From NCBI GenBank assembly GCA_951406725.2, contig OX597815.1, positions 182,342,001-182,406,000 on the forward strand: a stretch of 64,000 nt of DNA, read 5' to 3'. The position numbers were made by a program, and so were the translations under genes. The first letter of the stretch is position 1; each line of letters starts with the position of its first letter. The notes under the pieces are model-generated. The model was given only the letters and a program-made list of their open reading frames with translations. It was not told where the DNA came from and made no database searches. Source of the stretch: Octopus vulgaris. Taxonomy: Eukaryota. Shown here one piece after another: positions 10,763 to 24,943 of this stretch.

Positions 10763-12899
10763 AACTCCAGATTTTTATCTTACGAGAATAAACAAAACTC
10801 CTTGGCAAAAATGTGTTGGTTGTAATGGTACTTATTTTGATGGATGAAATTTCTGTATTGTTGAAATAAATTGAGATTGATTTCATGTTTCAAAACGTTG
10901 CTTTCTTTTTACTCAGCTTGATATTTTACCTGGACGCAACAATAGACCGCTTACAGATCAACATTCGCAAAACAGCTTGTGCTGTCAGTTTCACTCTCCT
11001 TGCGATCCTTTGCACAATGTAGCGTTTTCTCAACGTAAAGATGACAGATGTCAGGTTGAGTACAAAGTTTGAGTGTTTCTCAAGCTCAACAAAATTGAAA
11101 TACTGTAGCGTCTTCTCAAAGAAGCTCTCGCTCTTGTCGAGGGTTCTGAGAGCTTGGCGATAAGAAGCAAAAGTAAAATGAAAGAAAGCGATTTTATAAT
11201 CGATGGGTTTAAAAGCGGAAGACTTCTGTAATATAAACAATAAACTGGAAAACAATAAACTAACAAGAGAACGATCTGTTTCTGGGACATCTGAGTTTGA
11301 AAATAAGAAGAGTGTCTATATCAAAAGTTTCAAAGAAGCCATCGAGATAATTGAAGTTCGAAATATTGATCTTGCCCAGCTGACAGAAAAGTACATGAAG
11401 CTATCTATTGATACCAACAGGGTATACATCCTGCCGTGACATTCCAAATGGAAGAAACCAAGTCAAGCGAATCTACTTGCACAAAGTTGATGATCGATCA
11501 TGACGCCTAACTGAATAAGGAACTAATGAGGTCCGCCGATCTTCTGACCCACTTCATTATGTCCCCTTTTAGCCGCATAGCTACAACGCTGGACACCTCC
11601 ACTGAAGTGAAACAAAACTCTAGCTTCAATGCATTTATATGTGTAGACAATACAAATGCAACAACATGAATACAAAACTATGGCGAAGAGTCGGTGACTT
11701 ATGCAGTAGTACCCAATGGATGCGTAGGCCAATGCAGAACTCAGCAAGCCGTTTCGAGTTTTGAAAATCCATAATAATAATAATAATAATAATAACAATA
11801 ATGATAACATAAATATAGACTTGGATACAGCAATGAACCCTAATAAACTAGCTAACGTACGAAAATACATTCTCAACGCAAAAAAAAATATCAGAAATAG
11901 AAATAGAACATCTAAAAGAAAAACTACACCAGGAAAATGTAGATAGAAGCCACACAACAATGCCCAATAGTATAAATACTGAAACAGTAAAACACGAAGA
12001 CAAATGTAACATTCCCAACAAACACGATGTAAACAAAAAACAACAAACCCAGACCGTAAGGATGCATAATAATACACGACAAACAGCAAGCCAAAACACG
12101 ACAAACAAACATATAAATAAGAAAGAAAGCGACACAAATCTAAAACCTGGAAACAACAAAGGGGAGCCTAATGATTATGATAATATAAAAAGTAAAGTAA
12201 TCAAAGAACTGAAAACCACAGAGCTCAAAATGGACCACCGACCATACCTCCCACAAATCAAAATAGACGAAACAACAACACCAATTATAAACACATAAAC
12301 CTAGCCGTCACGGAACTAATAGCCACTGAAAGAAAAAGCGATATCACTGAGCTAAATGACTTAGTATACGCAGCAGCCACTGCAGCCACAAAAGAAGCTG
12401 GATACTCACTCAAACCTATCCAAACAGGAGTAACACCACCCAAACAAACCCTGTGGATAAATAACATCCAAAACAAAATACAAAAAATGAGAAAATATCT
12501 GTCGATTCTTAACGAAATCAGTAGACAATCAACACTACTGAGCAACAAAAAGAAAACAAAAATACTCCGCAAATATAACATCACAGAAAAAGATTTACCT
12601 GAGATAAAAGAAAAGCTGAAGCAAGATATCCTTGCCAAAGCACAAAGGGTCCGTCGGTACGAGAAACGCCGGTGCTTCATTGAACAAAACAAAAAGTTCA
12701 ACTCCAACACCAAAAAGTTCTACCAAGAACTTGGCAAAAATAAAATAGAAATCACTGCAGCACCAACGGCAGAAGAAGTGTACGAATTCTGGAGAGAAAT
12801 ATGGTCGGCGAACGAACAACCAAAAAAAAAAGGAGTATTAAAACAACAAACTCAGCATCTGAGCAACTTTGGACCTCCATAACAACTGAAGAGGTCACC

Positions 12900-13818
12900 C
12901 AGGCACTGCAAAGACTAAGCAACTGGAAGGCACCTGGGCATGACAAGATCCACAACTTCTAGTTGAAATATCTAACGGGAATGCACAAAAAGCTGGCTGA
13001 AAATTTTAACAACATACTAGCAGAACCAGAGACAATGCCTGAATGGCTCACGAAGGGGAAAACCATCTTAATTCCCAAATCAAATGAGACAGCAAAACCA
13101 GAAAACTACAGACCAATAACCTGTTTCCCTACATTGTACAAGGCATTTACTGCAGTAATATCGCAAAGGTTGAACAAGCACCTGGACGAAAACAACTGTT
13201 TCCAGAAGAGCAGAAGGATGCCGCAAAGGCTCATATGGTTGTATAGATCAACTAATGATTAATAAAGCCATAACTGAAGACAGCCACAGAAAGAATAAAG
13301 GCCTCAGTATGGCCTGGATCGACTACAAAAAGGTGTTTGATAACATCCCCCATACATGGATCCTCGAAACACTAGCCATTAACAAAGTAGCACCAACAAT
13401 TATAAAATTCATAGGGCACTCTATGAATAAATGGCAAACAGTGCTACAGCTCCAAACAAAAGAGGGACTCATGAAAACCGAAGCCATCCCCATTAGAAGA
13501 GGAATATTCCAGGGAGACACGCTCTCTCCACTCCTTTTCTGCTTGGCATTGTCACCTCTATCTGATATGCTAAATAGAACTGGATGCGGATATAAATGTT
13601 ACGGCAAAACGATCAGCCACCTTTTATATATGGATGACCTAAAACTATACGCTGCAAATGACAAACAGCTGGAAACACTATTAAAGACAGTTCATGGATT
13701 TACCAAAGAGATAGATATGAAATTTGGATTAGAAAAATGCGCCAAAGTAACCATGAAAAGAGGAAAACTAGTTAAGAATAGCAACATCACACTAGATAAA
13801 ACCAATGAAATAAAATAA
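12900..13818 (+). pseudogene. Reverse transcriptase domain of the R4/Dong LINE (frameshifted)
   Basis: ORFs 12963-13262 and 13255-13818: ENYRPITCFPTLYK, GIFQGDTLSPLLFCLAL, HLLYMDDLKLYA, FGLEKCA. Confidence 0.92.
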
Positions 13819-13884
13819 TTAGACCAAAGCCAAACTTACAAATACTCAGGAATCCATGAACTAGATAAGACACAACACACACAA

Positions 13885-15175
13885 ATGAAAGAGAAAATAA
13901 AAAAAGACTATTATAGACGAGTTAGATCAATACTAAAAACAGAGCTCAATGCTAAAAACAAGATAATAGGTATTAACACTTTAGCTGTCCCAGTTATAAG
14001 TTACAGCTACAATATCCTTAACTGGACACTAAATGAACTGACCAAAATAGATAGGAAAACAAGAAAAATAATGACAGGATCTAGGATGCATCACCCAAAA
14101 TCTGACATAGAAAGACTATATATACAACGTATAGAAGGTGGTAGAGGCCTTATACAGCTGGAAAACTACTATAAAATAACCACCATAGGACTGCAAAAAT
14201 ATCTACTTCAGAAGGAAGGAAAACTGATACAAATAGCGACAAAACACGAGCAACACAAAAAACTGTTCTCAGTATTCAAGGAAGCTGACAAATACAAACA
14301 AGAAATCATACCACCTAATAAACACGAAGAAGAAGAAGAAGATGATGAAGAAACAACAAAAGCTATAAAACAAATGAAATCCAAACTAAAAATAGAACAG
14401 CAACGAACCATGATAAAACGATGGCAAGAAAAGCCCCTTCATGGTAAATACTGGACTAAACTAAACGCAAAAGAAATAGACAAAGAGAAATCCCAGCAAT
14501 GGTTGAGAAGCTCAGGGCTCAAAGCAGAGACAGAGGGATTTTTAATTGCAGCACAAGACCAAAGCCTCCCCACAAGAAATTACCAAAAATATGTAATGAA
14601 AAGAAATATAACAAGTAACTGCAGAATATGTGGAGATGGACAAGAAACAATAAATCATATTATCTCTAGCTACCCAGTCCTGGCTAAGAAGGAATATATT
14701 CACAGACATGACAGAGTTGGAACCTACATACACTGGAAGCTATGCCAACATTATGGAATAACAACAGAAAAAAGATGGTATAGGCACACACCAGAACAGG
14801 TCACAGAAAACGAGAAAGCAACCATACTCTGGGATATGCCGATACACACAGATAGAGAAATTAAGGCCAACAGACCAGATATAGTTGTCAGAGATCATGA
14901 AGAAAAAAATGCTTTCTAATTGATGTATCAATACCGGCAGATGACAACGTGTCTCTAAACTTTCAAAATACAAAGACCTGGAAATAGGGGTAACCAGAAT
15001 GTGAAATCTAAAAACAGAAACAATTCCTATCATAGTAGGTGCATTAGGCATGATAAAAAAGTATTCAGACAAATACATAACAAAAACACCAGGACTTACA
15101 AACACATATAACATACAGAAAATTGCACTACTAGGCACTGCACGCATCCTACGCAGAACACTTTCCATACAATAA
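13885..15175 (+). pseudogene. RT thumb, Zn-knuckle and restriction-like endonuclease of the R4/Dong LINE
   Basis: ERLYIQRIEGGRGL, KPLHGKY, AAQDQSL, CRICGDGQETINHIISSY (last Cys lost), RHDRVG, ANRPDIV; frameshifts after 14915; ends RILRRTLSIQ*. Confidence 0.88.
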
Positions 15176-15268
15176 CCATCAGAGCATCACAACAAATCAC
15201 AGCACATACCTAAAGCACACAGAGCTTCGCTCGGTAGTGAATTGAAAGCACGCTATAAAAATAATAAA

Positions 15269-15331
<63 letters not shown>

Positions 15332-15351
15332 AAGAAGAAGAAGAAGAAGAA

Positions 15352-15777
15352 TCCTTTTTACTGCAGGCACAAGGCCTCAAATTTGTGGGGAGAGGACTAG
15401 TCGATTACATCGACCCCAATGTTTCACTGGTACTTGATTTATTGACCCCAAAAGGATGAAATGCAATGTCGACCTCGGCGGAATTTGAACTTAGAATGTG
15501 AAGACGGACAAAATACCCGGCATGCTAACGACTCTGCCAACTCGCCGCCTTTTACAGTAATAACAATAATCCTGTCTACTCTGGGCACAAGGCCTGAATT
15601 TTTGTGGGAGGGGCCATTCGATTAGATCGACTCTAGTATGCAATTGGCATTTATTGACCCCGAAACAACTAAGGGCGAAGTCAGCATCGGTGGAATTTGA
15701 ACTGAAAGCGTAAGGACGGAGAGAATATTGCTAACCATTTTGCTCGACACGCTAACGATTCTGCCAGTTCACCACCT
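15352..15777 (-). mobile_element. Two tandem SINE family B copies
   Basis: Reverse-strand gtcgattacatcgacccc...gtcgacctcggcggaatttgaact motifs, twice. Confidence 0.8.
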
Positions 15778-15782
15778 TTCAC

Positions 15783-15862
<80 letters not shown>

Positions 15863-16681
15863 TAATAATAATACCAATAATCACTTTATTCATTATAAGA
15901 GAGCTGTTCTATCTGATGCAAATTAACATTGTTAAGAAAAGAAAAACCCGGATTTTCGCTAATTTAATCCATTAATCTAAAAGCCTATAATTTTTCCAGA
16001 GTTTAGTATGTAATTTTGGCAGCAGCAGATTGTTTAAAGAGATCATCTATGTCTTGGTTAATTTTAAAAAGTGTTTACATTGATAGGGCATAGATACATA
16101 TTTATTCAGTTAGTCGCACATACATAGGTATATATATGTATATATATGAAATGGGTGTCAACAAATTACATATAAAAGCTATCTTAAAATGTTTGAACAT
16201 GTTTTAGAATGTTTGAGATGTTTTATAATGCTTGAACATTGTTATTTTAAGGACCGGATATTCCAGGATTGAAAGATGAAAAGAATGTGATTAACAAAAA
16301 AAATTCACAAATTGTTCATTAAAAGCAAACGTGGCTCAAATTACGGTCTTTCACTTGCAATCAACAATTACAGTCTGCACGTATTAGTCATATGGCTATG
16401 TATGTTAACCTACTAATATATAAGATATAATTGAGATTTTATAATGTTTCGATAATGGACTTGATAAAACATTGGTGGTTTTACTAATGTGTTTATTTCT
16501 AGAGGGCTTTTTGTGCGTTTCATTGACATAGATTCTGGACGTTTCCTTTTAACTGTTTCAGAACAGTTTTCAATAAGAATGGTTGAAGAAGAATATTGAG
16601 AGCTAAAGAGAAATATATATAAAGCTAAGTATATGAAAATATCAGTAAAGTTATAAGGGAAAATAAATGGAAAATATTTAC

Positions 16682-16791
16682 CTGCAGAAGCACAAACATT
16701 TCCTTTTCAATGGAGATCTGTTTAATGGCGGCTCGAGCAGTAGAATAGAATTGACAAACTTTCTCATATAAATAATTTCATTCTTATAATA
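16682..16791 (-). other. Candidate 110-nt host exon
   Basis: Acceptor ctttctctgcAG and donor CAG|GTAAAT; open frame YYKNEIIYMRKFVNSILLLEPPLNRSPLKRKCLCFC; no family recognised. Confidence 0.3.
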
Positions 16792-18387
16792 CTGCAGAGA
16801 AAGTTATTACAAATGAACTGAGATTGAGATAAAACATTCGTGTTGTGGTAGCAAAGTAGCTTTTATAAACTTTGAATTGTCGTTTGATGAAATCAAAATT
16901 ATTCATATTGAAGATAGAAATGCGAAGTGAGGTATATACTTATCAATTGATCGATTTCTGATGTTATCTCCTAGTGCCATGTGGAAGAAATTATATTAAT
17001 CCGCTTCTTAAAAATAAGACACTGCAGTTGATAAACAATCAAAATTAATGTAGAGATTAGCTAATGTGAATCTGGTATGTATGTTAAGATTAAGTTGTTT
17101 ACTATGCAACTGCAGTAACTTTCATAGTCACCCTAGAAACCTATTTCTTCATAGTATCTTCGATTTCAAAACTGATATTTTACGCTATGTTAGAGTGTAT
17201 ATACAGTCGAGATTATAAAGATTACACGACAATCATATGCCTCTACGTTTTGAATAAAGCGACAAATAAACATTTTTGTTTAGTATTAAGTAAACCGGCA
17301 TCAAAATAGAATAAGCTTATGAATTTTCTTTTATGAATTGAAGATAATTACTTTTAAATTTATCCAACAATCAACACAAATTACTTAAATAACAGGTTAT
17401 AGTTTTTAACTTTTTGCTCAGTCTCTCTTTCTCAGTTGTGTTTCCTCCGAGATCCGTTGTAAGATATATAGTTTAATTCTTTCACGGCGAATATTACGAA
17501 CTTGAAATGTCATCTGAAACCATTGTTTTATGAGGAAATATTTACTGATTTCAATCTTGTATTGTTGAGAAATAGCCATATGTAAATGACATTCTATATA
17601 ATCGTATAGCGTGACATTGCAAGTCCTCCGTTATCAACAGTGAAATAAATTTAATTTAAAAAATAATGTAACAGTTCGATAAAATTATGAGATATTTTAA
17701 TTCTAGGGAAGCATTATTCTTTTGCAACAAGAAAATTAAAATACTAAAGTATTTGCAATTTATTTTGATGGTTATATTTGAAAAGCATCCTATTTATAGC
17801 CAGTGTCATAAGAACGCCACTCTGAGAACAGATATGTCTTGTAATGTCTTTAGAAAAGAAGAGAAATAATTGATTATCTCATAATTATAGACTTTCAAGA
17901 TGGTGGCAACTGCTGTTACTACAATATCCGTTTTATGAAGCATTTATACGTGGCATTTGACTAAAATAAAATTAATTCTATGCACAATTTGATAAGATTC
18001 AGTCAAATAAAATCTGAGCAATCTAAGATGCTTTTTCTGCTATCTTGGTTCTTGGGTTCGTGGGGGTAAACATGGCCGATTCGATCGTTCGTGATTGTTT
18101 CAAATATTCCTTTCTATTACAGGCAAAATGTCAGAAATTTTAAGAGAGCTGGATAGTCGATTACATCGGCTGCGATCCCCAACTGGTACTTATTTATCGA
18201 CTGCGGCGGAATTTTGAACTCAAATTCGAAAGACAGTTATCGGCCAGAGCGTCAAACGCAATTTCGCGCCTTAACGAGAATATTGAACCACTATCTGGTG
18301 GCGCCTACGGCGAAAATGCCGCCGGGAATTACCCCCCCCCCCCTCAGCACCCATATAACCCCTTATATACACGAACCTATACACAAA

Positions 18388-18610
<223 letters not shown>

Positions 18611-18819
18611 TTCACTTTTGTAATTCTCCAACACACCAAAAGCCCTCCATCACTTAAATCACCTGTTAAGTTTAACTCTACAGATATTCTATAGAAATCA
18701 TGGCCGGCACTGACTTTTGTTACGATGTTTCATATCCGAGACGTAAAATGTAAAAACAAAAACAACGAGACCGAAGATGAAAACTGAGTAATGTATGTAT
18801 ATGCCATATTTCGGAATTT

Positions 18820-19250
18820 TTGCCCCTTCAACATTTGATACCTTGATACCAACGTTTGATACCATGATACTTGACTGACAGGTAGAGGAAATCCACTTCA
18901 TAGACAATAAAACCCGCTGGATCTTGATATTAACTGGATGCTTCCAACGAAACAATGATATTGACAGACTCTAACTAAAAAGAGATGAAGGAGGAAGAGG
19001 CTTGACAGCAGTGCAAGACAGCTTCCGAACATCATGTAGTCTCTTTCGTTCAACACTTGCTAAACAACAGCAGCAAAAGTCATATAAACCAAGCGCTGAA
19101 AAGCGAAAATAACAATGTTCCACGTGTCAACAGTAAGTATTCTGTTTCTGACGACCTCCCACACAGCCGAACTACGATACGTCGAGAAGGACAAGTCCTT
19201 CTCGACGCCAAAACAAATCATCATGCATGGATATATTTCTTAATAAACAA
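18820..19250 (+). pseudogene. R4/Dong-like LINE RT-thumb fragment
   Basis: IDNKTRWILILTGCFQRNNDIDRL*LKRDEGGRGLTAVQD followed downstream by MHGY. Confidence 0.65.
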
Positions 19251-19316
19251 AGGAGCCCCAAGATACAGCCAAAGACGTCGATTATGTCATATTTTTGTTG
19301 AAGACATCACACACTT

Positions 19317-19369
<53 letters not shown>

Positions 19370-19555
19370 ATTAGGGGTTAGTAAAATAAATTACTTTGCC
19401 ACATACTGAACTTGCTAGAAATAGCAGCCAAAAAAGTTTTTTTGCCATTTCCACTACTTAAAGAAAATTTCTCTCAGATAATGTTTACTCAAAATAACTC
19501 ACGATGGTATGGAGGTAAAAACAGAAAAATATCACAAGTACAAAGATTATTTGAG

Positions 19556-19615
19556 AACGTTAACGTTTCTAGATTAGCCAAATAAACTCAGCATTTCTTT
19601 CGTCAGCTCAACATT
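19556..19615 (-). ncRNA. Type I hammerhead ribozyme motif (inverted copy)
   Basis: Reverse complement of 20207-20266. Confidence 0.7.
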
Positions 19616-20206
19616 TCTTATTTTGGATTTGGACGCACTAAAAAGAAAGAACATACCCTTTGGCGACTTATCACCTCAGATGACCCGTTCAGACTGCCAG
19701 TACCAACAAATTCAAAATGTGCAAGCGAAGATTCCCTGCTCTCCCCTTCCACCCACGTGGGTTATCTAGCAAACATTATATTTTAACGGTGAGAACCGAG
19801 GCAATATGACAGAGAGAAATGAATTATAATATCAACAATTGAGGGTAAAATTAATTAGTTATTAATCAATTTCACCAAGTATTCAATATGTAAAAGGACC
19901 ATTTAAGGCGAATTCAAAATATTACATTATATAATTAGGGCTTAGTAAAATAAATTACTTTGCCACATACTGAACTTGCTAGAAATAGCAGCCAAAAATG
20001 TTTTTTTGCCATTTCCACTACTTAAAGAAAATTTCTCTCAGATAATGTTTACTCAAAATAACTCACTAAATGGAAGGGGAGAGCAGGGAATCTTCGCTTG
20101 CACATTTTGAATTTGTTGGTACTGGCAGTCTGAACGGGTCATCTGAGGTGATAAGTCGCCAAAGGGTATGTTCTTTCTTTTTAGTGCGTCCAAATCCAAA
20201 ATAAGA

Positions 20207-20266
20207 AATGTTGAGCTGACGAAAGAAATGCTGAGTTTATTTGGCTAATCTAGAAACGTTAACGTT
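20207..20266 (+). ncRNA. Type I hammerhead ribozyme motif
   Basis: AATGTT(gag)-CTGACGA-AAGA(aatGCTGAGTttATTTGGCtaa)TCTA-GAAA-CG-TT-AACGTT; intact boxes, extended stem II, palindromic stem III. Confidence 0.7.
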
Positions 20267-20551
20267 CTCAAATAATCTTTGTACTTGTGATATTTTTCTG
20301 TTTTTACCTCCATACCATCGTGAGTTATTTTGAGTAAACATTATCTGAGAGAAATTTTCTTTAAGTAGTGGAAATGGCAAAAAAACTTTTTTGGCTGCTA
20401 TTTCTAGCAAGTTCAGTATGTGGCAAAGTAATTTATTTTACTAAGCCCTAATTATATAATGTAATATTTTGAATTCGCCTTAAATGGTCCTTTTACATAC
20501 TGAATACTTGGTGAAATTGATTAATAACTAATTAATTTTACCCTCAATTGT

Positions 20552-20593
<42 letters not shown>

Positions 20594-20656
20594 TAATCAA
20601 TATAGGGTGGCAAAAAATTTCGTAGAATTCTTTTGCCACCAGCGGCCTAAATGCTG

Positions 20657-20698
<42 letters not shown>

Positions 20699-20926
20699 TG
20701 TGGATAGACTGATATTGTTTGTTAGGATGGGCGGGGGTGGTGTCCTTTAAAAATGAATAAACATCTTTTAAAATTGCATTTTCAAACTTTCTTTCATATA
20801 AATTCCACTCGTGCGGTACCTTACAACTTCACTTTGTTATATACATATATGTCAACATATGTACAGATATACTCGTATATTAACATATGTGTGGGTGCAG
20901 TAAATCGTATATAAAATAAAATATGA

Positions 20927-21130
20927 AGGCAGTGAGCTGGCAGAAACGTTAGCACGCCGGGCGAAAAGTGTAGCCGTATTTGTCTACCGTTACGTTCTGA
21001 GTTCAAATTCCGCCGAGGTCGACTTTGCCTTTCATCCTGTCGGGGTTGGGGTCGATGTAATCGACTTAATCCCTTTGTCTGTCCTTGTTTGTCCCCTCTA
21101 TATTTAGCCCCTTGTGGGCAGTAAAGAAAT
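20927..21130 (+). mobile_element. SINE family B copy (small internal deletion)
   Basis: ggcagtgagctggcagaaacgttagcacg...gtcgactttgcctttcatcc...gtaaagaaata. Confidence 0.85.
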
Positions 21131-21403
21131 ATATATAAAATATATCACACGGAGTAGACAGTGTCATGAATTTAAATACCAAGGAATGAAGGAATTATAT
21201 ACAAAATAGCAAATACGATAAAATCTACGCACCCCGAAACAAAGAAAACAAGCACTTAACGACAATTACACACGGCGTTGAATAAGAATTCACAGTAACG
21301 AGATAATGCCAAGCAGTCAACAAACCTCTTTCACACAACGAAATTTATTTCTAGAAACAAGAGAGCTGCTTGGATTACCCTTTTATCCCCTCAGTGCGCG
21401 ATG

Positions 21404-21434
<31 letters not shown>

Positions 21435-21452
21435 CTATATATGAATATGTAT

Positions 21453-21518
<66 letters not shown>

Positions 21519-21529
21519 AATGTATATTA

Positions 21530-21710
21530 TGTATGTATTTGTGTGTCTCTGTGTGTCCCTTCACCATCGCTTGACAACCGACGTTGGTGCGTTTATGTCT
21601 CCAAACTTAGCGGTTTGGCAAAAGAGACCAATAGAATAAGTACCGGTGCTCCGGTATGGCCAAATTCAAATGACTGAAACCAGTAAAAGAATAAAAGAAT
21701 GAAAGAATAA
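21530..21710 (+). mobile_element. SINE family A, 3' portion
   Basis: catcgcttgacaaccga...cttagcggtttggcaaaagagacc...aaatgactgaaac. Confidence 0.75.
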
Positions 21711-21785
21711 CAGAAAATACGTATACACACATGTGTATACACATACATGCATACATACATACATGCATGCATACACATATACGGT

Positions 21786-22050
21786 CAACGGAACAGCCTG
21801 TTCGTGAAATTAACGTGCAAGTGGCTGAGCTCTCCACAGACTCGCGTACCCTTAACGTAGTTCTCGGGGAGTTTCAACGTGACACAGAGTGTAGCAAGAC
21901 TGACCCTTTGAAATACAGGTACAAGAGAAACAGCCCCTACCGTAATCATGTGGAGCTTTAGGTGTTTTAATTCAATAAACACTGACAACGCCCGGTCTGG
22001 TAATCGAAACCGCGAGTCCGAGGCCCTAAACACTAGGCCATTGCGCTTCC
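21786..22050 (-). mobile_element. Degenerate tRNA-derived SINE
   Basis: Minus-strand head tggcctagtgtttagggc...gtttcgattacc (A and B boxes). Confidence 0.55.
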
Positions 22051-23352
22051 CAACATATACGAATATACTTACGAACACCACAAAGTAATAGTTTCCTGTT
22101 AAGCCCTATACATTCAGCCAACCCTCTCTCTACCATACATATACTCAAACACATTCACACACGTATACAGACACGCACCTTCTTTGGTCTTCTAATTGCA
22201 AGTGTCTTTTTATTTTGTTCTAAATGTTTTGAACTTCTTTGTTTTGTCTTGTTTTTTTTTTCTTATTCTCTCCCTTACTCGGTCTTTGCAGAATCTATTG
22301 ATATCTCTTACTTACTTCACCTTGTCTGTCATTTTAATTACTTTATGAATTGTTCCTGTCATGTATGCATGGAAATTACTTCATCTCTTTGATAAAGTAA
22401 GCAATATCATTCTTCGGTTTTATGTGGTGTGATTTGAGGATCAGAGATACGCAGGAAATTATTTTAGGAATGCGATTGTTTGCTTAAGAATACATTAGCC
22501 GAAATAGATTTGCGCTACAATGGACTGTTTTTGGCGAATTCCTCGTATACGTAAACAGAAATACCGTTTCCCAATTTGCATATATATATATTCAGGGAAA
22601 GAGAGAAAGAAAGAGAAAGAGTGAGAGATACATATTATTTATTTAATGTACACAATATACAGTTACGAGCTACCAATAGTTTCATGCTTTAGAGAAGTAA
22701 ACTAGGAAAGATTTTATATAGGTCATATGCTCAAAACCTATTGATTGCTTGGACATACAAAGCGTGTTATTAAAACATTCCTAGATTACATCTCCAATGC
22801 ATGAAACTATTAGTGGCCTGTAAGAATATAATGAGTATATAAAATAACATTTATCTCTCACTGGATGGAGAACTTAGTTTGTTCAGCTTACGTTACATAC
22901 ATACATACACACATACATACATACATACATACACACGCACACACATATATATTATACGTCCGTGGATATGTGTGTTTGTGTGTGCTGTATACATATATAT
23001 ATATATATACGTGTGTGTGTACATACATATACATTTATATATACACATACATACATTTTTCCTTAATTCTTTCATTCTTAAAAGTGTTCCGGTTTTAAAG
23101 CTGCAGTCATGCTGGGGCGCCACGGCTGGCTATGCTACACTCTTATTTGAATATATATACCATTGGGTGAATGAGGGAGTTTGATGCTGCTGCCCTCGTC
23201 TCTGCTTCCTGTCGTGAAGTAGGCTCATCTAGAACTCTTGACAGGAGGAGACCCAGTTTTGCTTTGAAGACACCTACAGGATCTTTGTGGTTTTCGTCAC
23301 TGTTTACAATTATCCTTTAAAAAAAAATTAATGTACATAGATAATGTACATA

Positions 23353-23514
23353 GGCGCAGGAGTGGCTGTGTGGTAAGTAGCTTGTTTACCAGCCACATGG
23401 TTCTGGGTTCAGTCCCACTGCGTGGCACCTTGGGCAAGTGTCTTCTACTATAGCCTCGGGCCGACCAAAGCCTTGTGAGTGGATTTGGTAGACGGAAACT
23501 GAAAGAAGCCAGTC

Positions 23515-23597
<83 letters not shown>

Positions 23598-23803
23598 TGT
23601 GTCTGTGTTTGTCCCCCCAACATCGCTTGACAACCGATGCTGGTGTGTTTACGTCCCCGTAACTTAGCGGTTCGGCAAAATAGACCGATAGAATAAGTAC
23701 TAGGCTTGCAAAGAATAAGTCCTGGGGTCGATTTGCTCGACTAAAGGCGGTGCTCCAGCATGGCCGCAGTCAAATGACTGAAACAAGTAAAAGAGTAAAA
23801 GAG
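23353..23803 (+). mobile_element. Full-length SINE family A (tRNA-like head, internal (TA)n(TG)n, GTAAAAGA-repeat tail)
   Basis: ggcgcaggagtggctgtgtggtaag...ggttcagtccc...ccttgggcaag...gaaagaagcc; more than 10 related copies in the window. Confidence 0.9.
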
Positions 23804-24654
23804 AAAAAAATCCGAATTTGTTATTCATTCACTCCAGAAAAATTTTGGAAAAATGTTACAGGTGTTCAAAGTTTGATAATTTTCAGAATTTTCAGCCAGT
23901 CAGAAAAGAGAACGTTCGCTGCTCTTCCATCATTGGGGTGGGTGTGCGGCGTCGGAATGTTAAAACATTGCTAGGAATAACAGTCAAAATATTAAAATAT
24001 ACACAAATGAAGTTAATATTAAAACATTCGCGAGCAAATTTAATATTTAAAAGCTACAAACAAACCAACAGGAGTTGCTAGAAATAACAATCAAAACATT
24101 GCTGAAAACAGACATTTATTAGTTTTAAAAAATTCAAGAATGAAAGTTACGCTGTTTGATTTTTCTTATCAGCGTTGATTGTTCACTACCCCACTTCCAT
24201 TGCACACACACACAGACATTCACATACCTCCCTTTTACATACACAAACACATATACTCACACAGAGTTGAAACGCTCCCTCCTCCAGTTTGCCATCACCT
24301 CTTCCTTCCTTATTCATCTATCACCCTTCCTTTCTCATTCATATTTGGTGACGGAGAAAAACACAAGTGTATTATTATGGTAGAAGATTATCTTTCTCGT
24401 ATTTCCTTCTCCTTGTGCACATGCACAGCATCTTTGGTTACTATGGAAACAAAATTTTCGCCACGGTGACGTGTAAGATATTCGCTTTCGATTGGCTAAA
24501 ATACCCAAATTTTGCAAATTTCAAGGCTAATAACTTTTTTATTATGGATTTACAGGAAAAGTGAATTTCATTTTCATAATTAGTATACAAAACTTAATCC
24601 ATAAACCAAATTTCAAAACAACTGGAATAAAATTGTAAACAGTGAAGAAAACCA

Positions 24655-24943
24655 CAAAGATCCTACCTACATCCACATCATGCAGGTCTCTCAGGTATTT
24701 TGGAAGGATACTGAAGAGTTGTGGACCCTTGGACCCCAAGCTGTTGCAGTATCTAGTCCTGTATTTTGATGGTGATGCTGAGAACTTTGGCATTATGCAG
24801 TGGCACCTCGTTCTGCTGTTTGTGTAACTTTCAATGCCAAAGTGTGGTACAAGGCCTTCTAGGATTTTCCAGGTATGTAATACTGCATATCTTTCACGCC
24901 TTCGTTTTATAGAGAAGAGTTTTAACTCTTTCAGTCTTTCCAT
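24655..24943 (-). pseudogene. CR1/L2-type LINE ORF2 C-terminal fragment
   Basis: ERLKELKLFSIKRRRERYAVLHTWKILEGLVP...NSLGSKGPQLFSILPKYLRD, typical of the CR1-like RT C-terminus. Confidence 0.75.

Larger units (their letters stand above)
11800..15260 (+). mobile_element. Decayed R4/Dong-clade non-LTR retrotransposon (RT + CCHC + RLE), flanked by (TAA)n
   Basis: WKAPG.DKI, ENYRPITC, WIDYKK.FD, GIFQGDTLSPLLF, YMDDLKLY, CRICG...H, HRHDRV, NRPDIV motifs in order; several frameshifts and stops; (AAT)n at 11771 and after 15256. Confidence 0.92.
19363..20555. mobile_element. Penelope-type pLTR complex: tandem plus inverted copies with two hammerheads, bounded by (TA)n
   Basis: 19363-19750 and 19830-20066 are reverse complements of parts of 20071-20555; copies near-identical. 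Confidence 0.82.

Noticed and set aside
11203-11439. Possible pogo/Tigger C-terminal remnant (KSFKEAIEII)
   Set aside because: Similarity too short; no TIR or DDE motif found
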